Source: Patescibacteria group bacterium
GTDB taxonomy: Bacteria > Patescibacteriota > Patescibacteriia > S139-126 > S139-133
Length of the DNA stretch: 64,000 nt
Reading direction: 5' to 3'
Assembly (NCBI GenBank): GCA_049604715.1
Contig: JBMYTV010000003.1
Location: forward strand, 4,228-68,227
The notes beneath the pieces are model-generated. The model saw nothing but the letters and a program-made list of their open reading frames with translations, was not told the DNA's origin and ran no database searches. Positions 1 through 9,392 of this stretch are shown piece by piece; the stretch's first letter is position 1; the number at the start of each line of letters is the position of its first letter. The translations under genes were made by a program, and so were the position numbers.

Positions 1-491
1 AGAAACGAACCTTGCCTACCATCTGACGGTTCACCATTTTGGTAACTGACCTTATTGACTAGGCCGGTTGCAAAAAACATAATTTTGTCCGGGTCGTTCA
101 TAATAAGGTTTTGCACCAAACGGTGTTCCGGTTTGGAAGACAATTGCATAAGCCAGCGCTCAAATGACCGCTCAATTGCAGTCTCAGAGGCACCGGTAAA
201 TGTTCCGCTCCATCCCAGGTCTAACTGCGACTTGAGCGGGGTCTTCCACGTAGCAAGTACCTGATACTGTGCAGCGCGAACGCTATCCGGAATCTGGTAT
301 TGCTGTCCTAAGAATGCTTCAGGGCGAAGCAATCCTAAGGATACTGCTGAGGAGGGAGTTGATGAGGTGGGACGGGTCACGACCGGTCTATCTACTCTTT
401 TACCAGTAGAACGGTCAATGACGATAACTTGTGCCGATAAAAACACCGGCAACAGAAAAACAAACAACAAAAACATCCGCTTCAGTTTCAT
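1..491 (-). CDS. Secreted hypothetical protein (3'-partial; runs off window start)
   Basis: Manual reverse-complement translation: ATG at 489-491 gives MKLKRMFLLFVFLLPVFLSAQVIVIDRSTGKRV..., with a signal-peptide-like N-terminus. There is no stop codon through position 1. It is missing from the ORF track because it runs off the window edge. Confidence 0.55.
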   Translation of the reverse strand, partial: MKLKRMFLLFVFLLPVFLSAQVIVIDRSTGKRVDRPVVTRPTSSTPSSAVSLGLLRPEAFLGQQYQIPDSVRAAQYQVLATWKTPLKSQLDLGWSGTFTGASETAIERSFERWLMQLSSKPEHRLVQNLIMNDPDKIMFFATGLVNKVSYQNGEPSDGRQGSF

Positions 492-761
492 ACATATCTC
501 CTTATGAGCTTGAATTCATATTTGACTAATACCTATTTATTTTTCAATGATCTGTCCAGCGATATTGAAAGCTGGTGGCTTTGGACTATTTATAATCCAA
601 AAATAACAAGCTTTCAAAAACAAAAAACTGCTAAGAGAAATAGCAGACATAGCGTGTATTTCTCTCCTCATACTTATTTAGTTGATTGTGAAAAATAGCA
701 TATTTCTGCATATATGTCAAGTGTTTTAGATAAAAAGCTCCCCTTTTTACCTAATATTAGC

Positions 762-786
762 AAAACTACCCTTATGAGGTAGTTTT
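762..786 (-). terminator. Possible hairpin terminator downstream of mltG
   Basis: 9-bp inverted repeat aaactacc/ggtagttt with a 7-nt loop. It lies between the mltG stop (818) and the next minus-strand gene. The U-tract is poor. Confidence 0.25.
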
Positions 787-817
787 GATCTAATAATACG
801 TAATTTTAGAGAAGAAA

Positions 818-1897
818 TTACTGTAGATATTTTGCCTTATTTGCTACATGCTGATCAAAGGTTTCAGCAAAGTGCGTATTTCCAGCTGGATCATGCAAAA
901 AATACAAAAATGAAGTCGTATCCGGATAAACTGCTGCAATCAAAGAATCCAGCCCAGGACTTGCGATAGGTCCCGGTGGCAGACCTGGATACATATATGT
1001 ATTGTACGGTGAATCCACTTCTAAATCCTCAAATGTGACTGCGGGCAAACGTTTGCCTGTTACATAATTGACTGTACTATCCATCTGCAGTGCCATACCT
1101 ATATCAAGTCTATTTTGGATGATACCTGCACCAACCTTTTTATCTTCAAGTGTCTGAAACTCTCGTTCCAGTATTGACGCTATTGTTACTACTTCATATA
1201 TAGTCCTACCTTGTGCAACTACATCACGCCTCATTTCTTCAGAAAACTTAACATCAAAGTTATCAAATGCTTTTCGAACAACATCTTCTACTGTGGCAGT
1301 TTCTTTTACTATATAAGTATCTGGAAAAACATATCCTTCATACCCAGTACCTTCAGGTCTATCTTGTAAAAATACATACTCTTCCTCATATACAGGATTG
1401 GAATATGTCTGACCGTTGGCATTGTTTTTGGTAGTTTGCGGAAAGCCAATCTCAACATAAACATCTTGCAGAGTTACGCCTTCAAGCGTTTCTGATACAG
1501 TTTCTGCTATTTCATCAACTGACCATCCTTCTATAAGTGTAATCCTTATACTGTTATCAATCGTGTTATGCGATGTGAGTATGTCCACCAAATCCTTTTG
1601 ACTCATGGTTTCAGGAAGATCAAACACACCCGCTATAAAATCTTCTTCCAAACCTTTTTGCCACACATATGTACGAAATACAAAGTCATTATGAATAAGT
1701 CCTGCCAGCTCAAGCTCTGCACTGATCTGCTTGACCCCGAGTCCAGGACTTATCTCAACTTGTTGCTGCCGGACAGTATAGTCTTTATTCATTTCATACG
1801 AGTACCAGATGAATCCAAGTACCGCTGCCACGACTCCAAGTGTGACAATGAATTTAATAATCCCTTTGATTGTACCCTGAACAAATTTTGTAATCAT
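818..1897 (-). CDS. mltG: Endolytic murein transglycosylase MltG (YceG family)
   Basis: N-terminal TM helix. C-terminal region YNTYMYPGLPPGPIASPGLDSLIAAVYPD...YFLHD is the characteristic YceG/MltG signature. Confidence 0.8.
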   Translation of the reverse strand: MITKFVQGTIKGIIKFIVTLGVVAAVLGFIWYSYEMNKDYTVRQQQVEISPGLGVKQISAELELAGLIHNDFVFRTYVWQKGLEEDFIAGVFDLPETMSQKDLVDILTSHNTIDNSIRITLIEGWSVDEIAETVSETLEGVTLQDVYVEIGFPQTTKNNANGQTYSNPVYEEEYVFLQDRPEGTGYEGYVFPDTYIVKETATVEDVVRKAFDNFDVKFSEEMRRDVVAQGRTIYEVVTIASILEREFQTLEDKKVGAGIIQNRLDIGMALQMDSTVNYVTGKRLPAVTFEDLEVDSPYNTYMYPGLPPGPIASPGLDSLIAAVYPDTTSFLYFLHDPAGNTHFAETFDQHVANKAKYLQ

Positions 1898-1906
1898 CTT
1901 TTAAAA

Positions 1907-2404
1907 TTATTTTTCGTGTTTACTTTTCCAATCATTGTATTTCTGAACCAGCCATGAACTTGATTGGACCTTGCCACCATGACCAACATTGAAAACCATT
2001 TTGATACCAAGATCTTCACACGTCTTAATATCCCAATAAAGAGATGATTCAGGATCTGCAGCATTTTTTTCATCACGGTCACCACCGTTTGCAAAGATAT
2101 CAGGCTTAATTTTTTCAAGCTCACGAGCAACACTTCTATGATAAGCATCCGTACTAGGGTCATCTTTACTATGCGAACTAATAACTACATCACTAACAAA
2201 GTCGTATGCAGCTAGTATCTCAGCGCGCTCTTGCTCAGGCATAAAAGGAACGCCCTTTTTATCAGCAAGCCAATTGTCATTATTTAGTATAACAACCAAC
2301 TTATCTCCAAGTGCTTTTGCTTCTTGCATCAAACGAACATGCCCTATATGTAGTGGATCAAAGCCGCCACTAACAGCAACGACAATAGGCTTTTTTTCTG
2401 ACAT
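1907..2404 (-). CDS. Cytidylyltransferase-like nucleotidyltransferase (RfaE-II/TagD-like, HIGH motif)
   Basis: VVAVSGGFDPLHIGHVRLMQEA is the (H/T)IGH nucleotidyltransferase signature. The likely start is the internal Met (MSEKKP). Confidence 0.65.
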   Translation of the reverse strand: MSEKKPIVVAVSGGFDPLHIGHVRLMQEAKALGDKLVVILNNDNWLADKKGVPFMPEQERAEILAAYDFVSDVVISSHSKDDPSTDAYHRSVARELEKIKPDIFANGGDRDEKNAADPESSLYWDIKTCEDLGIKMVFNVGHGGKVQSSSWLVQKYNDWKSKHEK

Positions 2405-2461
2405 AAAATACAATTAGTTGTTGAATATTTATATTGTAACATGTTAAAGCACGCTACCCAA

Positions 2462-2490
2462 TTGACTTTTGCTAAAAACTATGCTATAAT
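2462..2490 (+). promoter_or_regulatory. Near-consensus sigma70-type promoter
   Basis: TTGACT at 2462-2467, a 17-nt spacer, and TATAAT at 2485-2490. It lies ~60 nt upstream of the 2553 CDS. Confidence 0.5.
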
Positions 2491-2552
2491 ACCTGTAGTT
2501 ACGCTAAAAAAGCGTACACCCCTGCCACCAAAATTAGTGGCCAAAAACAAAA

Positions 2553-3188
2553 ATGAAAAATCAAAATACCACAATCACCTTGTCAGTAGCAAGTAGTGAC
2601 ACCACCCGTGAGATTCCAGTTCGCACTGGCTCACAAAACGGTTTTGTCGCTTTTATCAAAAATCTTTGGAATGTAATGCCAAAGACTCTTGCTGCTATTC
2701 TCGTGTTCGAAGTAATCGCTGTCTATGGGTTACTTTTTTTTATTGCCCCTACTTCAGCGACTTCTGCAACACTACAAAGCGAGTCTTATGCTATTACTGA
2801 TGATAGTATTATCGCTCTTACAAATAACGAGCGTAGTACATATGATATTGCACCACTTCGTTACAATACTGAACTCTCAAAAGCAGCAAGTGCTAAGGCT
2901 CAGTATATTCTAGATAATGACTCATTTAGTCATGAAGGCGAAGCTGGAGAAACCTTTTCTAGCTGGATTCGCTCAACAGGCTATACCTATACACGTGTTG
3001 GTGAAAACCTAGCTATTCATTTTGATAATCCTGATGATATTTTAGAAGCTTGGCTTGATAGCCCTACACACCGGAAAAACTTATTAAATCCCCTATTTGA
3101 AGACATCGGACTTGCAGTAGTTACTGGAGAGTATAAAGGCAAAACAACAACTGTTGTTGTGCAACTCTTTGGTACTGAAGTCCAATAA
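2553..3188 (+). CDS. Membrane-anchored CAP/SCP (YkwD-like) domain protein
   Basis: N-terminal TM segment. Motifs FSHEGEAGE...GENLA...WLDSPTHRKNLLNPLFEDIGLAV are typical of the bacterial SCP/CAP domain. Confidence 0.7.
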   Translation: MKNQNTTITLSVASSDTTREIPVRTGSQNGFVAFIKNLWNVMPKTLAAILVFEVIAVYGLLFFIAPTSATSATLQSESYAITDDSIIALTNNERSTYDIAPLRYNTELSKAASAKAQYILDNDSFSHEGEAGETFSSWIRSTGYTYTRVGENLAIHFDNPDDILEAWLDSPTHRKNLLNPLFEDIGLAVVTGEYKGKTTTVVVQLFGTEVQ

Positions 3189-3246
3189 TATTCCCTTACT
3201 TAAATAGGCCATAGTTGATATACTATGGTTAGAATTAATTGTATAT

Positions 3247-3675
3247 ATGATCTATTTTGCACTCTCTATTCCTATCATTGTAGCGCTTCTCGCTCAGCTA
3301 ACTAAAGTATTTACCGACATGGTAAAACGAGGCTTTTCGTTTGAAAGCTTTTACGCATATGGCGGTATACCCTCAGGACACGCTGCGTTTGTGAGCTCTA
3401 CTGCCCTCCTCACAGGACTTCTTACTAGCTTTTCTAGCCCTGTATTTATGTTATCAGTAGTATTAGCAATCGTAGTAATACGTGACGCTGTTTCGCTGCG
3501 TAACTATATTGGCTTGCAGGCTCGTACCATCAACAAAATCGCTACCACGCTTCCTGATACAGAAGAGTATAAACTACCTATTATGCAGGAACGAGTTGGT
3601 CACACACCCCTTGAAGTAACTGCTGGTATATTCTTTGGATTGATTATTACCTACTTTCTATTTCAGCTAGTTTAA
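3247..3675 (+). CDS. Divergent PAP2-like membrane protein (DUF212/YuiD-like)
   Basis: Multi-TM protein with a YGGIPSGHAAFVSSTAL motif resembling the acid-phosphatase/DUF212 signature. Confidence 0.55.
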   Translation: MIYFALSIPIIVALLAQLTKVFTDMVKRGFSFESFYAYGGIPSGHAAFVSSTALLTGLLTSFSSPVFMLSVVLAIVVIRDAVSLRNYIGLQARTINKIATTLPDTEEYKLPIMQERVGHTPLEVTAGIFFGLIITYFLFQLV

Positions 3676-3703
3676 GACTCGAACAACTATTTAGTTCAAC
3701 AAG

Positions 3704-3732
3704 CAACCACCCTAACTGGGTGGTTGTTTTTT
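3704..3732 (+). terminator. Rho-independent terminator
   Basis: caaccaccc-taact-gggtggttg hairpin followed by TTTTTT, directly after the 3247-3675 CDS. Confidence 0.6.
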
Positions 3733-3758
3733 AGTGAATACAAATTGTGTTCAGGAAA

Positions 3759-5330
3759 TTATACGAGTGACTGTCCAGACATTTGCTCTGGTTTTTCTAT
3801 ATTAAATAATTTCAAAATGGTCGGCGCAACATCAGCAAGAACTCCAACTGGAGTATTTAAATATAACTCTTTATATTCTGATACAGTTGCCTGCCCTTTC
3901 CACTGCTCCCCTATCATCATGAGTGGCACTGGATTAGATGAATGCTCTTTGTCAATTTTACCACTCTTGAGCTTGATAAGTTCTTCAGCATTTCCATGAT
4001 CAGCGGTAATGAGCACCACACCATTTTGGTTAAGTGTGAGTTCAATAATCTGACCCACACACTCATCCACGACCTGTACTGCATCAAGTGTTGCGTTCAA
4101 ATTGCCAGTATGGCCAACCATATCTGCATTCGCAAAGTTTATTAGAATAAATTCATAATACTGACTTGCAAGAGCATCTAATACTTTTTTTGTAATCTCT
4201 CGAGCGGCCATTTCTGGTTTGTCTGCATATGACTCTACTCGCGGAGATGGTACAAGAACATGTTCTTCATTATCCCATGGCTCCTCACGACCACCATTAA
4301 AGAAATATGTCACATGAGCGTACTTCTCTGTCTCTGCTATATGTAGTTGCTTAATATTGTTTTCACTCAAAACCTTTGCGAGTGGATTCCCTATCATAAG
4401 CGGTGGGAACGCAACCTCAACCGGTAGTCCCTTTTCATACTCAGTCATAGTAACCATAAACATACCCTCAAGATAATCCCGCTTAAAGCCATCAAACTCA
4501 AGTACAGTTAAAGCTTTGGTTATTTGGCGAGCACGGTCAGGTCTAAAGTTAAACATAACAACTGCATCATTCTTTTGAATGCCACGAAACGGCGTCTCTT
4601 CTGAAGTTATAACTGTTGGGATAAACTCCTCATCGAACACACCGCTCTCATATGAAGCCTCCAGAACTTGTATAGGATCTGAAGCTGTTATATCTGATTG
4701 ACCAAGCACCATGGCATTATATGCCTTTTCTACACGATCCCAGTGATTGTCACGATCCATGGCATAAAAACGACCTGACATTGACACTATATGACCAATA
4801 CCAAGCTTGGTAATAACCTTTTGTAGCTTTTTAATATATTTTACAGCAGAATCCTTTGGTGTATCACGACCATCCAAAAATGCATGGATATACACTTCCT
4901 TAAGGTCTTTCATCTTACACATCTCAAGTAATGCATATAAATGCTCCTCATATGAGTGCACACCACCATCACTAACCATGCCAATAATATGCAGTGCTGA
5001 TTGGTTACCTTGAGCATGATTGATAGCTTTTATAAAAGTCTGGTTTTCTACAAATTCGCCGTCAGATATTGCTTTAGTAATACGTGGGAGATTTTGATAA
5101 ATAATACGACCAGCACCCAAGGATAAATGCCCTACCTCTGAATTACCCTGCTCACCCCATGGTAAGCCAACTGCTTCACCAGCAGCCTGTAGAGTATAAA
5201 TAGGATAATGCCTGGCTATATTCTCGAAATGCTCCAAAGGTTTTGCAGTAATAGCATTACCTACAGATGGTTGCGCTACGCCCCAACCATCTAAGACCAT
5301 AAGAACTACTTTTTGTGTTGTTTGTGCCAT
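3759..5330 (-). CDS. gpmI: 2,3-bisphosphoglycerate-independent phosphoglycerate mutase (paralog 2)
   Basis: DGWG N-terminal motif, GNSEVGH (catalytic Ser region), ITADHGN and SNPVP C-terminal motifs, and an iPGM-typical length of 523 aa. Confidence 0.9.
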   Translation of the reverse strand: MAQTTQKVVLMVLDGWGVAQPSVGNAITAKPLEHFENIARHYPIYTLQAAGEAVGLPWGEQGNSEVGHLSLGAGRIIYQNLPRITKAISDGEFVENQTFIKAINHAQGNQSALHIIGMVSDGGVHSYEEHLYALLEMCKMKDLKEVYIHAFLDGRDTPKDSAVKYIKKLQKVITKLGIGHIVSMSGRFYAMDRDNHWDRVEKAYNAMVLGQSDITASDPIQVLEASYESGVFDEEFIPTVITSEETPFRGIQKNDAVVMFNFRPDRARQITKALTVLEFDGFKRDYLEGMFMVTMTEYEKGLPVEVAFPPLMIGNPLAKVLSENNIKQLHIAETEKYAHVTYFFNGGREEPWDNEEHVLVPSPRVESYADKPEMAAREITKKVLDALASQYYEFILINFANADMVGHTGNLNATLDAVQVVDECVGQIIELTLNQNGVVLITADHGNAEELIKLKSGKIDKEHSSNPVPLMMIGEQWKGQATVSEYKELYLNTPVGVLADVAPTILKLFNIEKPEQMSGQSLV

Positions 5331-5335
5331 ACCTT

Positions 5336-6901
5336 TTAGGTCATTATGCTATCAAATACCATTTGCCATGGCTTCTGCACTTCCATGCAGTGAAGAACCG
5401 TAGGTGCAATATGCCCTAGCACTCCTTGCCCTAGCTTCTTCTGCTCATGCGGATGATTTGAAACAATAATAAATGGTACTGGATTAGTAGAGTGCTCTGT
5501 ATCAACACCGCCTGTACCTGTGATTATTTCTTCTACATTACCATGGTCAGCTGTAATAAACAAATGACCGTTTTTTGCTAGCACTGCCTTAACTAAACGG
5601 CCAATATTCTCATCAATAGACTTTACCGCAGCGAGACTGGCCTCAAGGTTTCCAGTGTGACCAACCATATCTGCATTGGCAAAATTAGCAGCTATAAAGT
5701 CATACTCATCATTTTCTATCTTCTCTATGATGGTATCGGTTATCTGAGGAGTTGCCATCTCAGGAGTCTCATCATAAGACTTCACATTTGGCGATGGTAT
5801 AAGCATGCGTTCCTCTCCAGCTACAGGATCAGCATGTCCGCCATTGAAGAAAAAAGTAATATGAGCAAACTTCTCACTCTCAGCTATATAAAGCTGCCGC
5901 AAATCACCAAGCGCATATGGGAGTGTTCCTTCTAAGTCTTCTGAAGGAAATGCAGTAAGTATACTATCTAGATCAGGACCAAAATCAGTCATAGCCACAA
6001 ATACCAAGTTTTCTAATGTCTTTTTTCTAGTAAAACTTTTTGGGTTTTTTTCAGTAAAATCTGGTTGGACAAATACCTTTGATAACTGACGTGCTCTGTC
6101 AGATCGAAAATTGAAAAATATAACCGCGTCATTGTCATGTATACGCGATGGCTTACTGCTATCTGATGCTATGATCCTTGGTGTAATAAACTCATCCGAC
6201 TCTCCTTCTTCATATGCTTTTCGTATAGCCTCTTCAGAAGAACTGAACTTTGGAATGTTTGTCCCAAGTGTAAGTGTGTCATACGCAAGCTCAGTACGAT
6301 CCCAAGACTTACGTCTATCCATACCATAGAACCGTCCCATAATGGTTACAATCTGCTCGTTTGGTTGTAGCTTTTTCTCAAGCTCTGATACAAACGTCAG
6401 CCCTGAGAACTTCTCAGTATCCCTTCCATCGGTAAACAAATGCAAATAGACATGTTCTATTTTGCGTTTGCGAAATAACTCAACCAAGGCTATAAGATGC
6501 TCTGGATTTGAGTGACCAGAGTTAAAATCTGTCAAAAGACCAACCAAGTGAACTGATGATTCATGCTCTGTTACGTGCTGGACTGCTTGTTCAAAGGCAG
6601 CGTTTTTATAAAAAGTACCCTTTTCAATGCTATTTGATATTTTAAGAACGTCCTGCTCTACTATCCTACCTGCACCGATATTAAGGTGACCCGCCTCTGA
6701 GTTACCATCTTGATGTGGAAGCAAACCAACTGCTGAACCAGATGCACCTAGCATGGCATGGGGATACTCCTCCCACAGATGATCCATAATAGGAGTTTGT
6801 GCGAGTTTGATAGGATTTTTTTCTTGTTTTGGGGCTAGTCCCCAGCCATCAATAACCACTAACACTGCTGGACCTGCCTTTTGCGTAGAACTCATATGCA
6901 A
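5336..6901 (-). CDS. gpmI: 2,3-bisphosphoglycerate-independent phosphoglycerate mutase (paralog 1)
   Basis: VIDGWG, GNSEAGH, ITADHGN and STNPVP motifs. It is a divergent tandem paralog of the adjacent gene. Confidence 0.85.
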   Translation of the reverse strand: MHMSSTQKAGPAVLVVIDGWGLAPKQEKNPIKLAQTPIMDHLWEEYPHAMLGASGSAVGLLPHQDGNSEAGHLNIGAGRIVEQDVLKISNSIEKGTFYKNAAFEQAVQHVTEHESSVHLVGLLTDFNSGHSNPEHLIALVELFRKRKIEHVYLHLFTDGRDTEKFSGLTFVSELEKKLQPNEQIVTIMGRFYGMDRRKSWDRTELAYDTLTLGTNIPKFSSSEEAIRKAYEEGESDEFITPRIIASDSSKPSRIHDNDAVIFFNFRSDRARQLSKVFVQPDFTEKNPKSFTRKKTLENLVFVAMTDFGPDLDSILTAFPSEDLEGTLPYALGDLRQLYIAESEKFAHITFFFNGGHADPVAGEERMLIPSPNVKSYDETPEMATPQITDTIIEKIENDEYDFIAANFANADMVGHTGNLEASLAAVKSIDENIGRLVKAVLAKNGHLFITADHGNVEEIITGTGGVDTEHSTNPVPFIIVSNHPHEQKKLGQGVLGHIAPTVLHCMEVQKPWQMVFDSIMT

Positions 6902-6922
6902 AATATTAGACCAATGACTCCT

Positions 6923-8167
6923 CTACGATCGTGTTAATCGCTCTTCAATATAAAGCAAGCGGTTGTACTTTACCACGCGTTCTCCACGTGATGGAGCTCC
7001 AGCTTTTATAAATGGCGCATTGATAGCTACAGATAAATCTGCAATAAAGTCATCAGTGGTCTCACCAGATCGATGAGATACCACAGGCGTTAGATTATGT
7101 TTTTGAGCTAGTTGTACAGTCTCAATAGTCTCCGAAACTGTACCAATTTGATTAAGCTTGATAAGCACGGCATTTGCTGCTTCCATATCAATTCCTTGCT
7201 CAAGACGAGTCTTATTAGTCACAAACAAATCATCGCCAACAATAAGCATATTATCCTTGAGCATACGATTCATAATCTGCCAGTTTGCCCAATCATCTTC
7301 ACCTAGACCGTCTTCAATGGAAATAATCGGATAATGCTCTTGCCACTTTTTATAAAGTTCAATAAGCTCAGTTGCATCAAGCTTTTTACCTTCAAACTCA
7401 TATGTACCACCTTTCATAAATTCAGAAGCTGCTACATCAAGCGCAATAGACACATCAATACCTTGTCGATACCCAGCATGATCAATTGCTTGCATCAAAA
7501 GCTGCAATGCTTGGTTGTTGTCTTCCAAGTTAGGCGCAAACCCTCCCTCATCACCAAGTCCGGTTGCATAACCTTGTTCATGTAAGATTGTTTTTAGAGA
7601 CCGAAAGGTCATTACACAAAACTCAAGTTGCTCTTCAAAGGTATCAGCGCTTGGCACAATCATAAACTCTTGAATTGAAAGTGAGTTGTCAGCGTGCCGT
7701 CCTCCATTAATAATATTCATCATTGGACGTGGGATAGCACCCTTTAGTGTAGTTCCATACACGTCCGCTAAATGCCTATAAAGTGGTTTTCCAGCAGATA
7801 GTGCACCTGCTCTAGCACAAGCCATTGAAACTGCTAAAATTGCATTGGCGCCTAATTTTTTCTTATTAGAAGTACCATCTAGAGCGATCATAGTTTCATC
7901 TATCTTTTGTTGATCTTCAGCGTCCATATCAAGCAGCTCATCTCTGATATCCTTTAGGATGTGTTTGATAGCTTTTTTTACACCATCTCCTCCATAACGA
8001 TCATCCTTATCTCGAAGCTCTAAAGCTTCGTGACTGCCAGTAGACGCTCCTGACGGAACTTGAGCAGAAGCCTCTAAACCAGATGAAAGCACAACAGTTG
8101 CTTGAACAGTTGGCCGACCTCTAGAGTCAATAATTTCTCTTGCTGTAATATCGTGTATATGTGCCAT
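6923..8167 (-). CDS. eno: Enolase
   Basis: N-terminus IIDSRGRPTVQATV. Full-length enolase motifs including SHRSGETTD near the C-terminus. Confidence 0.95.
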   Translation of the reverse strand: MAHIHDITAREIIDSRGRPTVQATVVLSSGLEASAQVPSGASTGSHEALELRDKDDRYGGDGVKKAIKHILKDIRDELLDMDAEDQQKIDETMIALDGTSNKKKLGANAILAVSMACARAGALSAGKPLYRHLADVYGTTLKGAIPRPMMNIINGGRHADNSLSIQEFMIVPSADTFEEQLEFCVMTFRSLKTILHEQGYATGLGDEGGFAPNLEDNNQALQLLMQAIDHAGYRQGIDVSIALDVAASEFMKGGTYEFEGKKLDATELIELYKKWQEHYPIISIEDGLGEDDWANWQIMNRMLKDNMLIVGDDLFVTNKTRLEQGIDMEAANAVLIKLNQIGTVSETIETVQLAQKHNLTPVVSHRSGETTDDFIADLSVAINAPFIKAGAPSRGERVVKYNRLLYIEERLTRS

Positions 8168-8169
8168 AA

Positions 8170-9357
8170 TTATTTAACTAATGGTAGTAATCCAGGTTGG
8201 CGTCTATCTGAAATAAAAGATAATAACGCCCCACCTCCAGTTGATGCAAATGTAACATCATCAAGCAAACCAAGACGAGCAAACACCCGTACTGTTTCTC
8301 CGCCACCTATAAAACTCTTCATTGACCCATCATGAGTACGCGCTGCAATAAATTCAGCAATTGCCTCTGATGCATGAGAGCCTTGTCGCTGTTCAATCAT
8401 ACCAAGTGGCCCATTCCATAGTACTGACTTGGCTTTGCGCAGTTGAGATACATACTCTAGTACCGTGTTCATACCAAGATCTACGATTGCATCTTTTTTC
8501 AAAACGCTTTCAATGTCTTTTAGTTGTGACTCAATTTTCTTAGTACTTGTATCATCACAAATGCAGTCTGTAGGAAGTAGTACTTTTTTGTGACGTGCTA
8601 ACACCTTGCCCTCAGTAACAAAATCTTTTTCATAAATTGATGCACCTACTTCTTGCCGTGCGCTCTTAAGTATTGTGTTAGCAAGTACACCCCCAACTAA
8701 TACTCTTTCTGCTTTTGGCATTAGTTTTTGTATAAGTGGAAGTTTTGTAGCAGCTTTTGCACCTCCCATGATCAAGAAATGTGGTTTTGTTGGCTTGGCA
8801 ATAAACTTATCCAATGTACTAACTTCTTTATCCATCAGAAGCCCAGCATAGCTTGGCAAAAACTCTGGTATACCAGTCATACTTGCGCTGTCACGATGAA
8901 TAGCTCCAAATGCATCATTAATAAACACATCACCAAGGCTTGCTAGGTCATGTGCGAATGTATTGTCACTAACCTCCTCACCAGGATGAAACCGCAAATT
9001 CTCCAAAAGGACAACTTGGCCTGGCTTCATCCTGTCGAGGTGACGGCGGGCCCCCTCACCCTCATGCAAGGGTATCATTTTTACTGGTTTACCCAGTAGC
9101 TTTCCCAGCGTGATAGCAACTGGTTTAAGCGATAAGTTTGGATCTTCCTTTCCATGCGGACGTCCACGGTGCGATAAGATAATAACTTTTGCACGCTTCC
9201 GTATCAGATAACGAAGTGTAGGGATAGTAGCCTCTATCCGGTACCGTTCATCAGCATGCACACGTCCTTTTTCGTCTGTCTCAACATTATAATCAACACG
9301 ATATAAAACGCGTTTAGCCTGAAGTGTATGGAGTTGTGTGCAAACCCGTAGCTTCAT
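8170..9357 (-). CDS. pgk: Phosphoglycerate kinase
   Basis: RVDYNVE near the N-terminus, GGGA/GGGETV glycine-rich motifs, and typical 395-aa length. It sits 2 nt upstream of eno. Confidence 0.9.
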   Translation of the reverse strand: MKLRVCTQLHTLQAKRVLYRVDYNVETDEKGRVHADERYRIEATIPTLRYLIRKRAKVIILSHRGRPHGKEDPNLSLKPVAITLGKLLGKPVKMIPLHEGEGARRHLDRMKPGQVVLLENLRFHPGEEVSDNTFAHDLASLGDVFINDAFGAIHRDSASMTGIPEFLPSYAGLLMDKEVSTLDKFIAKPTKPHFLIMGGAKAATKLPLIQKLMPKAERVLVGGVLANTILKSARQEVGASIYEKDFVTEGKVLARHKKVLLPTDCICDDTSTKKIESQLKDIESVLKKDAIVDLGMNTVLEYVSQLRKAKSVLWNGPLGMIEQRQGSHASEAIAEFIAARTHDGSMKSFIGGGETVRVFARLGLLDDVTFASTGGGALLSFISDRRQPGLLPLVK

Positions 9358-9392
9358 GGGGATAGATAATACTATCTGTAGTATAGCATATC

